A stretch of 62,989 bases of DNA, the filler included, from Octopus bimaculoides (Eukaryota): assembly GCF_001194135.2 (NCBI RefSeq). It is 7 parts of 6 records of this genome, joined end to end, with 100 filler letters (N's around TTAATTAATTAA, not from the genome) between each part and the next. Parts side by side here need not be neighbours in the genome. Positions count along the whole stretch, not along the records: positions 43,722 to 54,099 come from NC_068985.1; positions 54,200 to 62,989 come from NW_026423012.1; 5 more parts are not named here. One strand, written 5' to 3'. This document shows positions 51,281-62,989 of the stretch, piece after piece; within the stretch, counting starts at the first letter, position 1, and every line of letters begins with the position of its first letter. Below the pieces are notes generated by a model. The model saw only the letters and a list, made by a program, of their open reading frames with translations, was not told the origin of the DNA and ran no database searches. The position numbers and the translations under genes are program-made.

Positions 51281-52234
51281 GTTATTGGCTTTGTAACACA
51301 GTGGGAAAGACATAGTTTAATCGTTGACTGGGGACAATATCTTTCCAGGCGAAATATGTTAGTTTTAATACCGTACTGAGGGAGTAAATATTTTCAGAAA
51401 ATTCGACGATGTTCCTTGGCTAATAAATAGTATTGCTTTACGTATCACATGATGCCTAAAAAACACATTTTATTGAGATACTAAAACGCAGAACAAAAAT
51501 AATTCCTTGACAGTCAGTCACTTTACTTACATTTTTCAGTCACTTTCTTGTCTGTCGTCTTCCATATCTCTGTCAATAATATTACTCCTTATGTACACTG
51601 AATAAAACAGTGGGTGTTTTACTCTTTGCGTAGATATCTGAAGCATAATAGGTCTCGGGAATTTGAAAATGTGTAATTGTAATTTTATAAAAACTGAACA
51701 CTGCTTATTTTGTTGAATGAAATATTAAGTCAGAGCTCTTTACATTTGTCTTGCTCTTCTTAGCTAACATAAACAAGTTATTTACTCAATAAAATCGTGA
51801 AATATTTATTTAGGTAAATTAATTTCAAATTATATAATTTGGAAAAATATAATCATGGAAAACAACCTTCAGCTTATTCTGACTCTTGGCTAAAAATCAC
51901 ATTTGTTAATTGAGACTATAAATCGATTTTAACGTTTTAAGAAAACTACATTTACCCAAGATTTATACAAATATAGATAAGAGAAAAGACAACCCATAGA
52001 TATGTTTCCTTCTTTACATCCCTTCTCTTCCTCCGCAAATTTCTTCCTTCTTTTTATTTGTTTTCATTTCCAGCTTACAGCATCAAACTATTTAAAGCTT
52101 TTCTCCTCTTCTAAGAATTTGTATGACATTTCCCCAATTACTTCCATTGTTGTACCTAACTTTCAGAATAATTCGTCTTTTCTAATTAATGCTACATGCT
52201 TTATTCCATTATACATCTATTTCATTATTTACCT

Positions 52235-52330
52235 GATTAAAGTTTACCTATTAATTTAGATTAAAGTTTACCTATTAATTTAGATTAAAGTTTACCTATT
52301 AATATAGATTAAAGTTTACCTATTAATATA
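52235..52330. repeat. 24-bp tandem repeat (GATTAAAGTTTACCTATTAATTTA) x4
   Basis: Directly visible. Confidence 0.92.
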
Positions 52331-52529
52331 GGCCCCCGATGAACGGCGTTTAGTTTTAGCACGCGTTATATCGCGTGACATGTTCTACATAAACTAATGT
52401 CTATCTTCTAAATATATTGAGTTAATTTGGTAAGAATATTGCTAAGTTAATCATTTGATTCGGTCAAGCTCATATATATGTGTGTGACGGTATGTGTGCA
52501 TGTGTATGCATGCATGGTGTATCTACTTC

Positions 52530-52665
52530 TTTATTTCCCACAAGGGACTAAACGTAGAGGGAACAAACAAGGACAGACGAAGGGATTAAATCGATTACAT
52601 CTGGCACTTATGTAATCGACCTCGAAAGGATGAAAGGCAAAGTCGACCTCGGCGGAATTTGAACA
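52530..52665 (-). mobile_element. SINE family 2, partial
   Basis: ATCGACCTCGAAAGGATGAAAGGCAAAGTCGACCTCGGCGGAATTTGAAC. Confidence 0.8.
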
Positions 52666-52721
52666 TGCATGCATAGTATATATCATCACTATAAATATGT
52701 AAGAGCTAAAAAGAGGAAGGC

Positions 52722-52778
<57 letters not shown>

Positions 52779-53099
52779 AGAGAATAAGATTGCATTGTGG
52801 AATACTTACCTTACGAGAAACCTTTCCTCAGAAAGCTATTTCATGAAAGCAACTGTGATAATATTTATTATTTCACTCAAAGAGAGGATTTAGAGCTAAG
52901 GTGTCAAACCACTGATATTTTTTATCGAGGCACCATCTCTAGGGAGCTGCCTGCCAAGGCTATTAAAACAGCATAATGTAACATTTATACACTGTCGGTT
53001 GGTAATGTCGAACCGAAGGTCCATCAGAAAATGTTACTATTTCAAGAAATTCTAGAGAACAGATCGATTATTAAAGATAGCAAAGAGGAAGTATATAGG

Positions 53100-53235
53100 A
53101 AGGTGGTGAGCTGGCCGAATTGTTAGCATACCGGGAAAAATGCTGAGCGGCATTACGTTCTGAGTTCAAATTCCGCCGAGGTCGACTTTGCCTTTCATTC
53201 TTTTGGGGTCGATAAATCAAGTACCAGCTGAAAAC
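53100..53235 (+). mobile_element. SINE family 2, 5' part
   Basis: GGTGAGCTGGCCGAATTGTTAGC (A box)..GAGTTCAAATTCC (B box)..GACTTTGCCTTTCATTCTTTTGGGGTCGATAAA. Confidence 0.85.
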
Positions 53236-54065
53236 TGATTATATATTTCACTATTTCTTTTATAAAATAAATATAACTATACTGTTGGTTTGATACGAAC
53301 TCACAAACCTCGAGACTACGTGAAATGACTCCCTGTTTGAATGATGGGTCACGAAGCAGACATATGCATACAGACAACGTTCGATTTTTTCTGTTCAAAT
53401 GGGTCTTTAAACCCAATACATACCAGTTATTGTTTACGAATTGGGTTGTAGGCAGCTACCTTTTCAAGGGGATAATAAAGATAAATAAACGAATCAACAA
53501 AATAAAACATCATGAGAGAAATAGTAAACGAAGTGAGGAAACAATAAATTTTTAATCTACAGAGAAATCACGTGGTTTGTGATTTTGCGTTTGATCTTGG
53601 TATCCCGCTCAGTAAATCTGCAGAATTATTAACTAATGTATGTAGTCGCAGCCAATACCACACACACGCACACACGCTCACGCATTCACATATATATATA
53701 TCGAAATAATGTTTAGGGGATTTTCGTTATGAAAAAGAATTTCACCCACGACAACACAAACTCATACTCACACACGAAAGCTTGCAGGTGGAAACATTCT
53801 TCCTTCGCCATATTTATCTTCACTATACAGTTCTTTCATTATTATATAATTGTTCTACGTATCTTTAGTCACACGATTTTACCTGTCTGAATCAAACTAT
53901 AAATTGTTTATTTGTCTCCTCCTTTCTTCATAAACTTACTCATCTTCAGTGTTTAATTTATGCATATTTATATGCAATAGATCACGCAAGCAAATTGCTG
54001 CTATTTATGGATTAATCATAGGAGCTATACGCAACCCTCTCATTTTCTCTCTGTCTCTCTCTATC

Positions 54066-54099
<34 letters not shown>

Positions 54100-54386
54100 N
54101 NNNNNNNNNNNNNNNNNNNNNNNNNNNNNNNNNNNNNNNNNNNTTAATTAATTAANNNNNNNNNNNNNNNNNNNNNNNNNNNNNNNNNNNNNNNNNNNNG
54201 ACAGACAGACAGACAGACAGACAGAGCAAAGTCTATTTGCCAATATAAAGTGACAGTCCTGATTAGGACGGTGTTACTACCTTTTTTAGTCCTAGGAAAC
54301 ATCTTTTCCAGCTGACTATCGACGCACAATTGCGTCCTTATACCTCGAACAAGAGAGCTAATGTCCCCACTCAGCCTTAAACGGTA

Positions 54387-54432
54387 CCTGCGGACCAATT
54401 GTTTCTGGGTTATTTCTCTTCATCGGCACAGG
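54387..54432 (-). ncRNA. Type I hammerhead-ribozyme-like motif (GUC triplet)
   Basis: CCTGTG-CCGATGA-AGAGAAATAACCCA-GAAACAATTGGTC-CGCAGG: 6-bp helix I, core CcGAUGA, GAAA, GUC. Confidence 0.55.
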
Positions 54433-54709
54433 ATAACCGTTGGCGTGGTATAAGGACACAGTTGTGCGTCGATAGCCAGCTGGAAAAGATGCTTTCCCGG
54501 GTCTAAAAAAAGTAGTAACACCGTCCTAATCAGGATTGCCACTTTACATTGGCAAATAGTCCTTACTCTGTAGTACTGTTACTACTTATTTCTCGCTCAG
54601 AGATTTAGAACTAATTGTTTTTCTCCTTACAAGATCAGTGACTGTGTGTCACTTTAAAAGTGCATACCTCGAGTAAGACCTAGTGCTGCCATCTCTAGCC
54701 AACGGTTAT

Positions 54710-54755
54710 CCTGTGCCGATGAAGAGAAATAACCCAGAAACCACTGGTTCGCAGG
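54710..54755 (+). ncRNA. Type I hammerhead-ribozyme-like motif (GUU triplet)
   Basis: CCTGTG-CCGATGA-AGAGAAATAACCCA-GAAACCACTGGTT-CGCAGG; helix III ACCA/TGGT. Confidence 0.5.
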
Positions 54756-55481
54756 TACCGTTTAAGACTGAGAGGGGACATTAGCTCCCTTGTTCTAGGT
54801 ATAAGGATGCTGTTGTACCTCGATAGCCAGCTGGAAAAGACGTTTTCCTGAGACTAAAAAAGGGAGTGACACCGTCCTAATCAGGACTGCCACTTTATNN
54901 NNNNNNNNNNNNNNNNNNNNNNNNNNNNNNNNNNNNNNNNNNNNNNNNNNNNNNNNNNNNNNNNNNNNNNNNNNNNNNNNNNNNNNNNNNNNNNNNNNNN
55001 NNNNNNNNNNNNNNNNNNNNNNNNNNNNNNNNNNNNNNNNNNNNNNNNNNNNNNNNNNNNNNNNNNNNNNNNNNNNNNNNNNNNNNNNNNNNNNNNNNNN
55101 NNNNNNNNNNNNNNNNNNNNNNNNNNNNNNNNNNNNNNNNNNNNNNNNNNNNNNNNNNNNNNNNNNNNNNNNNNNNNNNNNNNNNNNNNNNNNNNNNNNN
55201 NNNNNNNNNNNNNNNNNNNNNNNNNNNNNNNNNNNNNNNNNNNNNNNNNNNNNNNNNNNNNNNNNNNNNNNNNNNNNNNNNNNNNNNNNNNNNNNNNNNN
55301 NNNNNNNTTGCCACTTTACATTGGCAAATAGTCCTTACTCTGTAGTACTGTTACTACTTATTTCTCGCTCAGAGATTTAGAACTAATTGTTTTTCTCCTT
55401 ACAAGATCAGTGACTGTGTGTCACTTTAAAAGTGCATACCTCGAGTAAGACCTAGTGCTGCCATCTCTAGCCAACGGTTAT

Positions 55482-55527
55482 CCTGTGCCGATGAAGAGAA
55501 ATAACCCAGAAACCACTGGTTCGCAGG
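55482..55527 (+). ncRNA. Hammerhead-like motif, identical to 54710-54755
   Basis: Same sequence; may be an unmerged assembly overlap. Confidence 0.45.
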
Positions 55528-56878
55528 TACCGTTTAAGACTGAGAGGGGACATTAGCTCCCTTGTTCTAGGTATAAGGATGCTGTTGTACCTCGATAGCC
55601 AGCTGGAAAAGACGTTTTCCTGAGACTAAAAAAGGGAGTGACACCGTCCTAATCAGGACTGCCACTTTATATTGGCAAATAGACTTTACTCTGTAGTACT
55701 GTTACTATTTATTTCTCGCTCAGAGATTTAAAAATAATTGTTTTTCTCCTTATATGTGTGAGTGTGTACATCTTTGTAGCTGTCTTTGTCACCCCGCCCC
55801 CAACAAGGGGCCACAACTATCGTTGGTTTGTTTACGTCCCCGTAATTTGGATGTTTAGCAAGAAAGCCCGACAGAGTAAGTACCAGACTTCACAAAAAAA
55901 AACAGATGAAGATCAATTACTGAGGCCGATTTGTTTTATTAAAACTCTGAAGACGCTAGGGCGAGGTGGTGCCCACCTCCCAATGTCAAACAAATGAAAG
56001 TTAAAAGATAAAAGATAATTATAGTTTTCAAATACAACAAATAGTTGCGCAACAAATAATTGCGCTCTGGGATGGATGTAATCGACTTAACTACTCCGGA
56101 GTATGAGTATAAAAGCTGCATTCTACTGCCAAGCTATGTCGAGCCAGTGTAGGAGAGTTGGCTCATCAAACCAATATGATCTCAAGCCTAAATTTACGGC
56201 TTCCACATCAGACCGTAGTTGGTGGAGAGAACATGCTGAGGCCCTCGTCCAGCAGTGGATTAAATATGAGCAATCCAAATCTAAATAGTTTAAACATACA
56301 ATATACAATTATTTGATAATTATCTTTTCAATAAAGCCAATGGATATTTCTTTGTCTAGTTTATCATTACAATTAATATTCTCAAATAATTTCTTGACTC
56401 AGGAGAGATCATTTTAAGTTGTCTTCGCTGTGGATGTTTTTTGTTTTGTTTTGTTTTTGTTCGTTTTTTTTTTTTTATAAAGCACATGAAAAACTCTAAG
56501 AGAAAAGACCCATGATGAAAGCCATTCAAACTATGCCTAATCTATCACTTTTCAGACATGGTGTTCTCTGGATTACATTATCCAAAATCTCCGTTTTTAA
56601 GATGGTTCGGTGAGGTTGATATATTTGTCTACTCAGTAACTAGGTAGAGACTGTTTTGTTGGTTTCCAACCTTCTTCCCAGAACATTGTCTTTTCACTCT
56701 CTTACCACAGATTCGTTTAAGCATATGCATTTTCTCTGCTCAGGTTCTAGATAGGTTAAAGAGATGTCTTTATATTTAAACATAAAAGTTATGCAACTTA
56801 TATATATATATGTATATATACATGCGAGTGTGTGTGTATGTGAGTGTGTTTACACACATTTGCTCATCTCTCTCTTTC

Positions 56879-56977
<99 letters not shown>

Positions 56978-57010
56978 CTCTCTCTCTATATATATATATA
57001 TACATATATA

Positions 57011-57461
57011 TAGATGGCCTGATCAATAAGTATCCGGACTGTTGCCATAGTAACGAAGTTAAAGCACGCAGAGTAAAGCCACTTGGCACAGATTGAACTT
57101 GAACATTGTTGTGCATGCGCACTAAGTTTTAACGTACTCGCTCACTTGCTCTGTTCAAACCAGAGCTTGGAAGTAACGTGTGTAGCGTCCGCTCGTCACA
57201 TTGACCATGACAGAAAGTTAAGCAGAGAACCTGCATCAAATTTTGCCAAAAGCTTGGTGATACCTACTCAGAGGCCTACGCAAAGTTTTCAAAGAGTTTT
57301 CATCATTCTCGACACAATCAAGATTTTATGCTACTGAAACCCTGAGTGTCCTTTTTTGCACAGCAGAGGTCAAGATCAATTTGTGCCAACCGGCTTTACT
57401 GTGTGTGCTTTAGCTTCGTTACTAAGGCAATAGTCCGGATACTTATTGATCAGACCTCGTA
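57011..57461. mobile_element. Mariner-derived MITE, same family as 12149-13030
   Basis: TIRs ..CTGATCAATAAGTATCCGGAC.. / ..GTCCGGATACTTATTGATCAGACCTCGTA, plus a transposase start remnant (CIKFCQKLGDTYSEAYAK). Confidence 0.85.
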
Positions 57462-57489
57462 TGTACATATATGCATATGTATGTACATG

Positions 57490-57525
<36 letters not shown>

Positions 57526-58285
57526 GTGTATATATATATATATGTAGGTGCGTTTGCATATAGACATATATACTCTGGTCTCTTAAAATGTGAAAGTAAA
57601 GCCCGTACAGTTCTAGTCTTACAAAAACAAAACAAAAAAAGCAACAGAACAGAACTTTGTTCCACCGTTCTTAGCTTCCATTATTTAATTTTGTTATCTA
57701 AATTTCCCTCACAAGTGATACTGTTTCTTCATTTTGGTAATCTTATCATTCCCTGGTTTGATTTGTACTGTTGAGCTTTGTGTGTGTGCTACGCTTCAAT
57801 TACATTTACCTACACAGAAGCATACACCAGTATTCTAAGCCATCATGAATATGCACTCAAATATACAAGTACACACGCACGCACACACACACATACAGTA
57901 TATATATACACATACAGAAACTCTTCTACGTAAAAGGCACACACAGCGAACATTCAAAGATCGCATCAGTCGCTACAACATCTGATAGCTGTATATAGAT
58001 TACTGATAACAATATAATTATTAAGAGAAGACAATATATCGATAATGCCAACACGTAGATTCACTGACATCACCCAATAACAAATATCACACGAATCCAT
58101 TACACTGTTATCGCTACATCTAAATCTAAATAACAGAATATATGATGTATGCGTGTGTGTGTGCGTGTGTGTGTGTATGTATACATGTATATATATTTAC
58201 ATGTAATTATATATATATACACGCACAATATATATATATTCACACACATCTATACATATACATTCACACACACACACACACATAT

Positions 58286-58356
<71 letters not shown>

Positions 58357-58357
58357 A

Positions 58358-58408
<51 letters not shown>

Positions 58409-58464
58409 TACAGATATGTACAATGTCTATATAAATATGTATGCATACAAGCGTTGACACACAC

Positions 58465-58552
<88 letters not shown>

Positions 58553-59039
58553 TAAGAGAGAGAGAGAGACAGATACGTATATTTACGGAGACAAATATGT
58601 GTGTGCGTGTCTGTGTGAGTGTATGTATAACGTATGTATGTATATATATGTATATATGTGTGTGTATGACAAAGAGGGAAATAGATCAATAGATAGATAG
58701 ATAGATAGATAGATTGCGTGAGTGTATGTGTGTAAGGAATATGTATATTACAAAACCAATTACAATAATAAAGAAATGAAAAAACAACTGTCAGCGGTAA
58801 ATGAAATGACATGACCACTAATTGGTTATTAACGTTAATTATATCTAAACAGGATGTTATTATTAGCACCATGTAAAGGGACCCACCACCGCCATCTTTT
58901 ATCTCTAAATGATATATTTTTCTCCCTGATCATAAATCAAAGAAATTAATTAACTTTGCAGTATCTTTATTAGACGAATTTTGCAGTTTCCTTTTCGCGC
59001 ACTTTTCCACTCTGTCTTTTTTTTTTCTACTTCTCTCTG

Positions 59040-59089
59040 CCTCTTTCTTTTTCTCATTCCCTCTTCTTTTCCCATTCTCTCTGCCTCTT

Positions 59090-59129
<40 letters not shown>

Positions 59130-59145
59130 TCTCTCTCACACACAT

Positions 59146-59176
<31 letters not shown>

Positions 59177-59614
59177 TGCCCCCTCTCATTCTACCTATTA
59201 TATTATCTCTTTCTCTATTCCCTACTATATACCGCCCTGTTATAACCTTCTATTTCTCCTTTGTTCTCCCTCTCTCCCTCTCTCCTTTCCCCTCTCTCTT
59301 TCTTTCTCTCACACTCTCTTCTTCCCTTTCTCTACTCTCTCTTTTTCGCTTCTCTCTCTCTCTCTCTCTTTCTGTCCCACTCTCTTTCCTTCTCTATACC
59401 TGTTACATTATCTTTCTCATTCCGTTATTTCCTTTTTTTTCTACTTTTCCATTTGACCTTTCTCTCTCTGTCTCATCTCTCTCTCTCTCCCTATTTCTCA
59501 GTTTCTCTCCCCTCCTTTTTACTCTCTTTCCCTCTCTCTCTCTCTCTCACACACAGAGTTTCGTTCCCTTAGTCTTTTCCGTTTGTTTCTGTCCTCTCTC
59601 ACTCTCTATTTGTT

Positions 59615-59710
<96 letters not shown>

Positions 59711-59970
59711 ACTTCAATTTGCTTCTTCCCTAATACCTCATAATATATCTCACTTCCTCTCCAAAAGTCTGTCTCACTTTCCTCCCCCTCCCTTTTATTC
59801 CTCTCTCTCTTTCTGTCACTTCTGTGAAAACCCTTCTCGTCCAATTTCTACCAATCCTCTTGTTCTTTTCCTTATTACATGTCATTCTCCTCTCTCTTAC
59901 TCTCTCCCTAATTCTCTTCCACCTTTCTTTCATTTTTCCTATATTCTATCCTTTATTTATTTATTTATTC

Positions 59971-60036
<66 letters not shown>

Positions 60037-60090
60037 CATTATTATTATTATTATCATCATTATTATTATTATCATCATCATCACCATCGT
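59040..60090. repeat. Pyrimidine-rich low-complexity tract with (TC)n and (ATT)n
   Basis: Directly visible; source of the SL/ER/poly-L/Y ORFs. Confidence 0.95.
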
Positions 60091-60188
60091 GCAATTTACC
60101 TTTTCCCTACTTCCTCAGACACATTCACTGTTTAGCGTGTTGTGGAAAGCGGTCATTGGTAACACAATATGTTAAATCAGTTCGGTCT

Positions 60189-60219
<31 letters not shown>

Positions 60220-61199
60220 GTAGATTAACATAGACACACAGACATACACATAAATGCATATGCACAGAGCGCAGACATAGACAACACATATGCATACAGC
60301 ACGCAGCACGCACAACACACCATACTGCAACAAAGGAACACTCTTTCGCTGAGAGTTGGGCGCAGACTTATTTCCGGTTAATTCAGCTAGCACCTAGTGT
60401 TGATTTACTATCAATAGACGTACACATGCATATTCATGGACAGGGGTGGTGGAAGGAGGAAAAACCTGCAATAACAATATGTAAATCAACAAGACAAACA
60501 CATCAATATAACTAACCAATAAGGGATACATTCTGTGGTCGCACANNNNNNNNNNNNNNNNNNNNNNNNNNNNNNNNNNNNNNNNNNNNNNNNNNNNNNN
60601 NNNNNNNNNNNNNNNNNNNNNNNNNNNNNNNNNNNNNNNNNNNNNNNNNNNNNNNNNNNNNNNNNNNNNNNNNNNNNNNNNNNNNNNNNNNNNNNNNNNN
60701 NNNNNNNNNNNNNNNNNNNNNNNNNNNNNNNNNNNNNNNNNNNNNNNNNNNNNNNNNNNNNNNNNNNNNNNNNNNNNNNNNNNNNNNNNNNNNNNNNNNN
60801 NNNNNNNNNNNNNNNNNNNNNNNNNNNNNNNNNNNNNNNNNNNNNNNNNNNNNNNNNNNNNNNNNNNNNNNNNNNNNNNNNNNNNNNNNNNNNNNNNNNN
60901 NNNNNNNNNNNNNNNNNNNNNNNNNNNNNNNNNNNNNNNNNNNNNNNNNNNNNNNNNNNNNNNNNNNNNNNNNNNNNNNNNNNNNNNNNNNNNNNNNNNN
61001 NNNNNNNNNNNNNNNNNNNNNNNNTATATATATATACATATATATATACGTGCATATGACTGAGAGTACAAACGAAAGAAAATAACAAACACACTTTTGG
61101 TAAGAATTACATATATTCTAATGACCCTGTTTAACTTTGCTCAGCATGACTTAAAGTTTCGTGCATGTATAAGACACACCGGTCTCATCATATATAACT

Positions 61200-61345
61200 C
61201 TGCGGGATGGCCTAGTCGTTTACATCGACCCCAGTACTCAACTAGTACTTATTTTATCGACCTCGAAAGAATGAAAAGCAAAGTTATCCTCGGCGGAATT
61301 TGAACTCAGAACATAACACGGACGAAATGTTGCAATGAATTTTGC
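61200..61345 (-). mobile_element. SINE family 2, partial
   Basis: TACATCGACCCCAGTAC..TTATCGACCTCGAAAGAATGAAAAGCAAAG..GAATTTGAACTCAGAAC. Confidence 0.8.
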
Positions 61346-61387
61346 AAGGCGAGCAAACACCGGGCAGTACACACACGCACGCGTGAA

Positions 61388-61432
<45 letters not shown>

Positions 61433-61448
61433 NNNNNNNNNNCGTGAA

Positions 61449-61496
<48 letters not shown>

Positions 61497-61940
61497 CACA
61501 CACACACCACACACACACACGTACGCACGCACACACATGTATATAAATGAATATTGCCTCATTTTGTCAGATGATAGCCGTCCCACATTCATCCTGATTG
61601 TTCGTCTGCGGATATAACTTTTCACGCCACACATCCATTGCTATAAAACTATGAAATATAAATGGATTAAGACATGATATGATAGTGAAACATTTGTACG
61701 CTACTGGATTTAAGTGACAAACACTTATACAACACTTTTACCACTCTCTCGGTCGCCATAACAGTTTTCAGTGACAAACATTGCAAGATGGCTGCTACTA
61801 TTTTGCCTGCAAGTTTTATGTCAGAGCATCTTTCACCTAGAGGAGCTGCCTTACCTCTGGGGATTCTGAAGTTGTAGGAAGCATGTAGTCCCTCCTTAAT
61901 TACCATATGTGTGTCTGTGTTTATGTATGTATGTATGTAT

Positions 61941-61971
<31 letters not shown>

Positions 61972-61981
61972 NNNNNNNNNN

Positions 61982-62022
<41 letters not shown>

Positions 62023-62647
62023 ACAAGTATGATCTCTCCCAAATAAACCGTTACTAACTTAAGAGACGGCTACATTAGAAACTATAGTTCTATCACTATC
62101 AAGGTGGGATTGCCATGGCAGGAAGGATTTTGTTCATAATCTTATTGATGAAGTATGCTTGTCCTGTGGTTAAACATTAACAAGACTTAATACATTCTTC
62201 GTTTTGCTGTCTTCACCCGGATATTGGGTGCCTTTAGCAAAGAATAGCTTCTTCATAAAGATTCGGACCCGAGCATTCCTGCCATGGAATATAAAACGTC
62301 CTCCTTTTCTACCTGTCATTTCCACAACTTATATTAAAGAAGAGCATAAGCACTGCTTATTCTCTTACGATGAACCTTTCTCTCTCTTTTTCCCTTTTCT
62401 TTTTTCTCTTTCTTTCTCTCTCAAGACACACATACGAATATATACACGTGTATTTATGGTTTTATTTCATATATTTTTCATATTTTTTTATTAGCATTAT
62501 AGACTTGATTTGGAAGAATAAAGCTCCTAAATCCATATCCGAGGTTTCTAGACTTTCACAGTCTCATTATCAAGAAGAGACTATATTAGGCGTCTGTGTA
62601 TTTTCTTATATACTAAATACTTTGTTTATTACTAAATACTTTGTTGC

Positions 62648-62831
62648 GATTACACGCTACACACCTTCCTTCCAAGCACTGCTGTAAACAGCGGAAGTGA
62701 ACTAGAACGTTAAAACTTGGTGCGTAAGCACAGCAGAGTTCAAGGTCAATTTGTGCCAAGCGGCTTCACTCTGTGTGGTTTAGCTTCGTTACTATGACAA
62801 CAGTCCGGATACGTATTGATCAGACCACGTA
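62648..62831 (-). mobile_element. Solo arm of the mariner-derived element
   Basis: Ends CAGTCCGGATACGTATTGATCAGACCACGTA; matches the right arms at about 12850-13030 and 57360-57461. Confidence 0.8.
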
Positions 62832-62989
62832 TATAGATGAGATCCAGACATTTCAATGAGTATGTATGTGTTGATATATTGCGAGTATTACAAGTTTTAT
62901 TATTTTGTTTGATTTTTTTTCCAGGACATTATAAGCAACCAACATGACTTCGGTATAATTGTTAAGGAACATATATATATATATATATA

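Larger units (their letters stand above)
54223..55752. mobile_element. 351-bp repeat unit in inverted and direct copies (Penelope pseudo-LTR or retrozyme-like array)
   Basis: GCCACTTTA recurs at 54538 and 54889 (351 bp). 54223-54443 is the reverse complement of the unit; 55310-55670 repeats 54538-54898. Confidence 0.75.

Noticed and set aside
55310-55670. An additional tandem copy of the 351-bp unit
   Set aside because: It appears identical to 54538-54898, including copy-specific variants, on either side of a gap. It may be an unmerged overlap, so the true copy number is uncertain.
58981-60233. Long ORFs (250, 216 aa) rich in S/L/F
   Set aside because: Translations of (TC)n and (ATT)n tracts.
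61855-61894. Minus-strand exon ending at the CAGAG|GTAAGG donor
   Set aside because: Poor acceptor and all three frames open, so no frame can be chosen.

Overview
AT-rich, microsatellite-dense animal genomic DNA. The SINE/LINE repertoire looks like an octopus (coleoid cephalopod) draft assembly; that species call is an inference from repeat content. Six identical spacers (N44-TTAATTAATTAA-N44) split the window into about 7-11 kb segments that are probably independent scaffolds, so adjacency across them cannot be trusted. I recognise no intact host protein-coding gene. Nearly all listed ORFs are microsatellite or N artefacts. Recognisable coding remnants are all mobile-element derived: two R4/Dong-type restriction-like endonuclease ends, two RTE-type LINE ends, a Penelope GIY-YIG fragment, and mariner, DD37D(maT)-like and Tc1-like transposase relics. 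There are also three tRNA-derived SINE families, several MITEs and a Helitron-like non-autonomous element. The most interesting signal is at 54.2-55.75 kb: a 351-bp repeat unit in direct and inverted copies, each carrying a type I hammerhead-ribozyme-like fold, i.e. a Penelope pseudo-LTR or retrozyme-like array. A second, different minimal hammerhead relic lies at 30.6 kb. A few orphan exon candidates with good splice signals are reported at low confidence.
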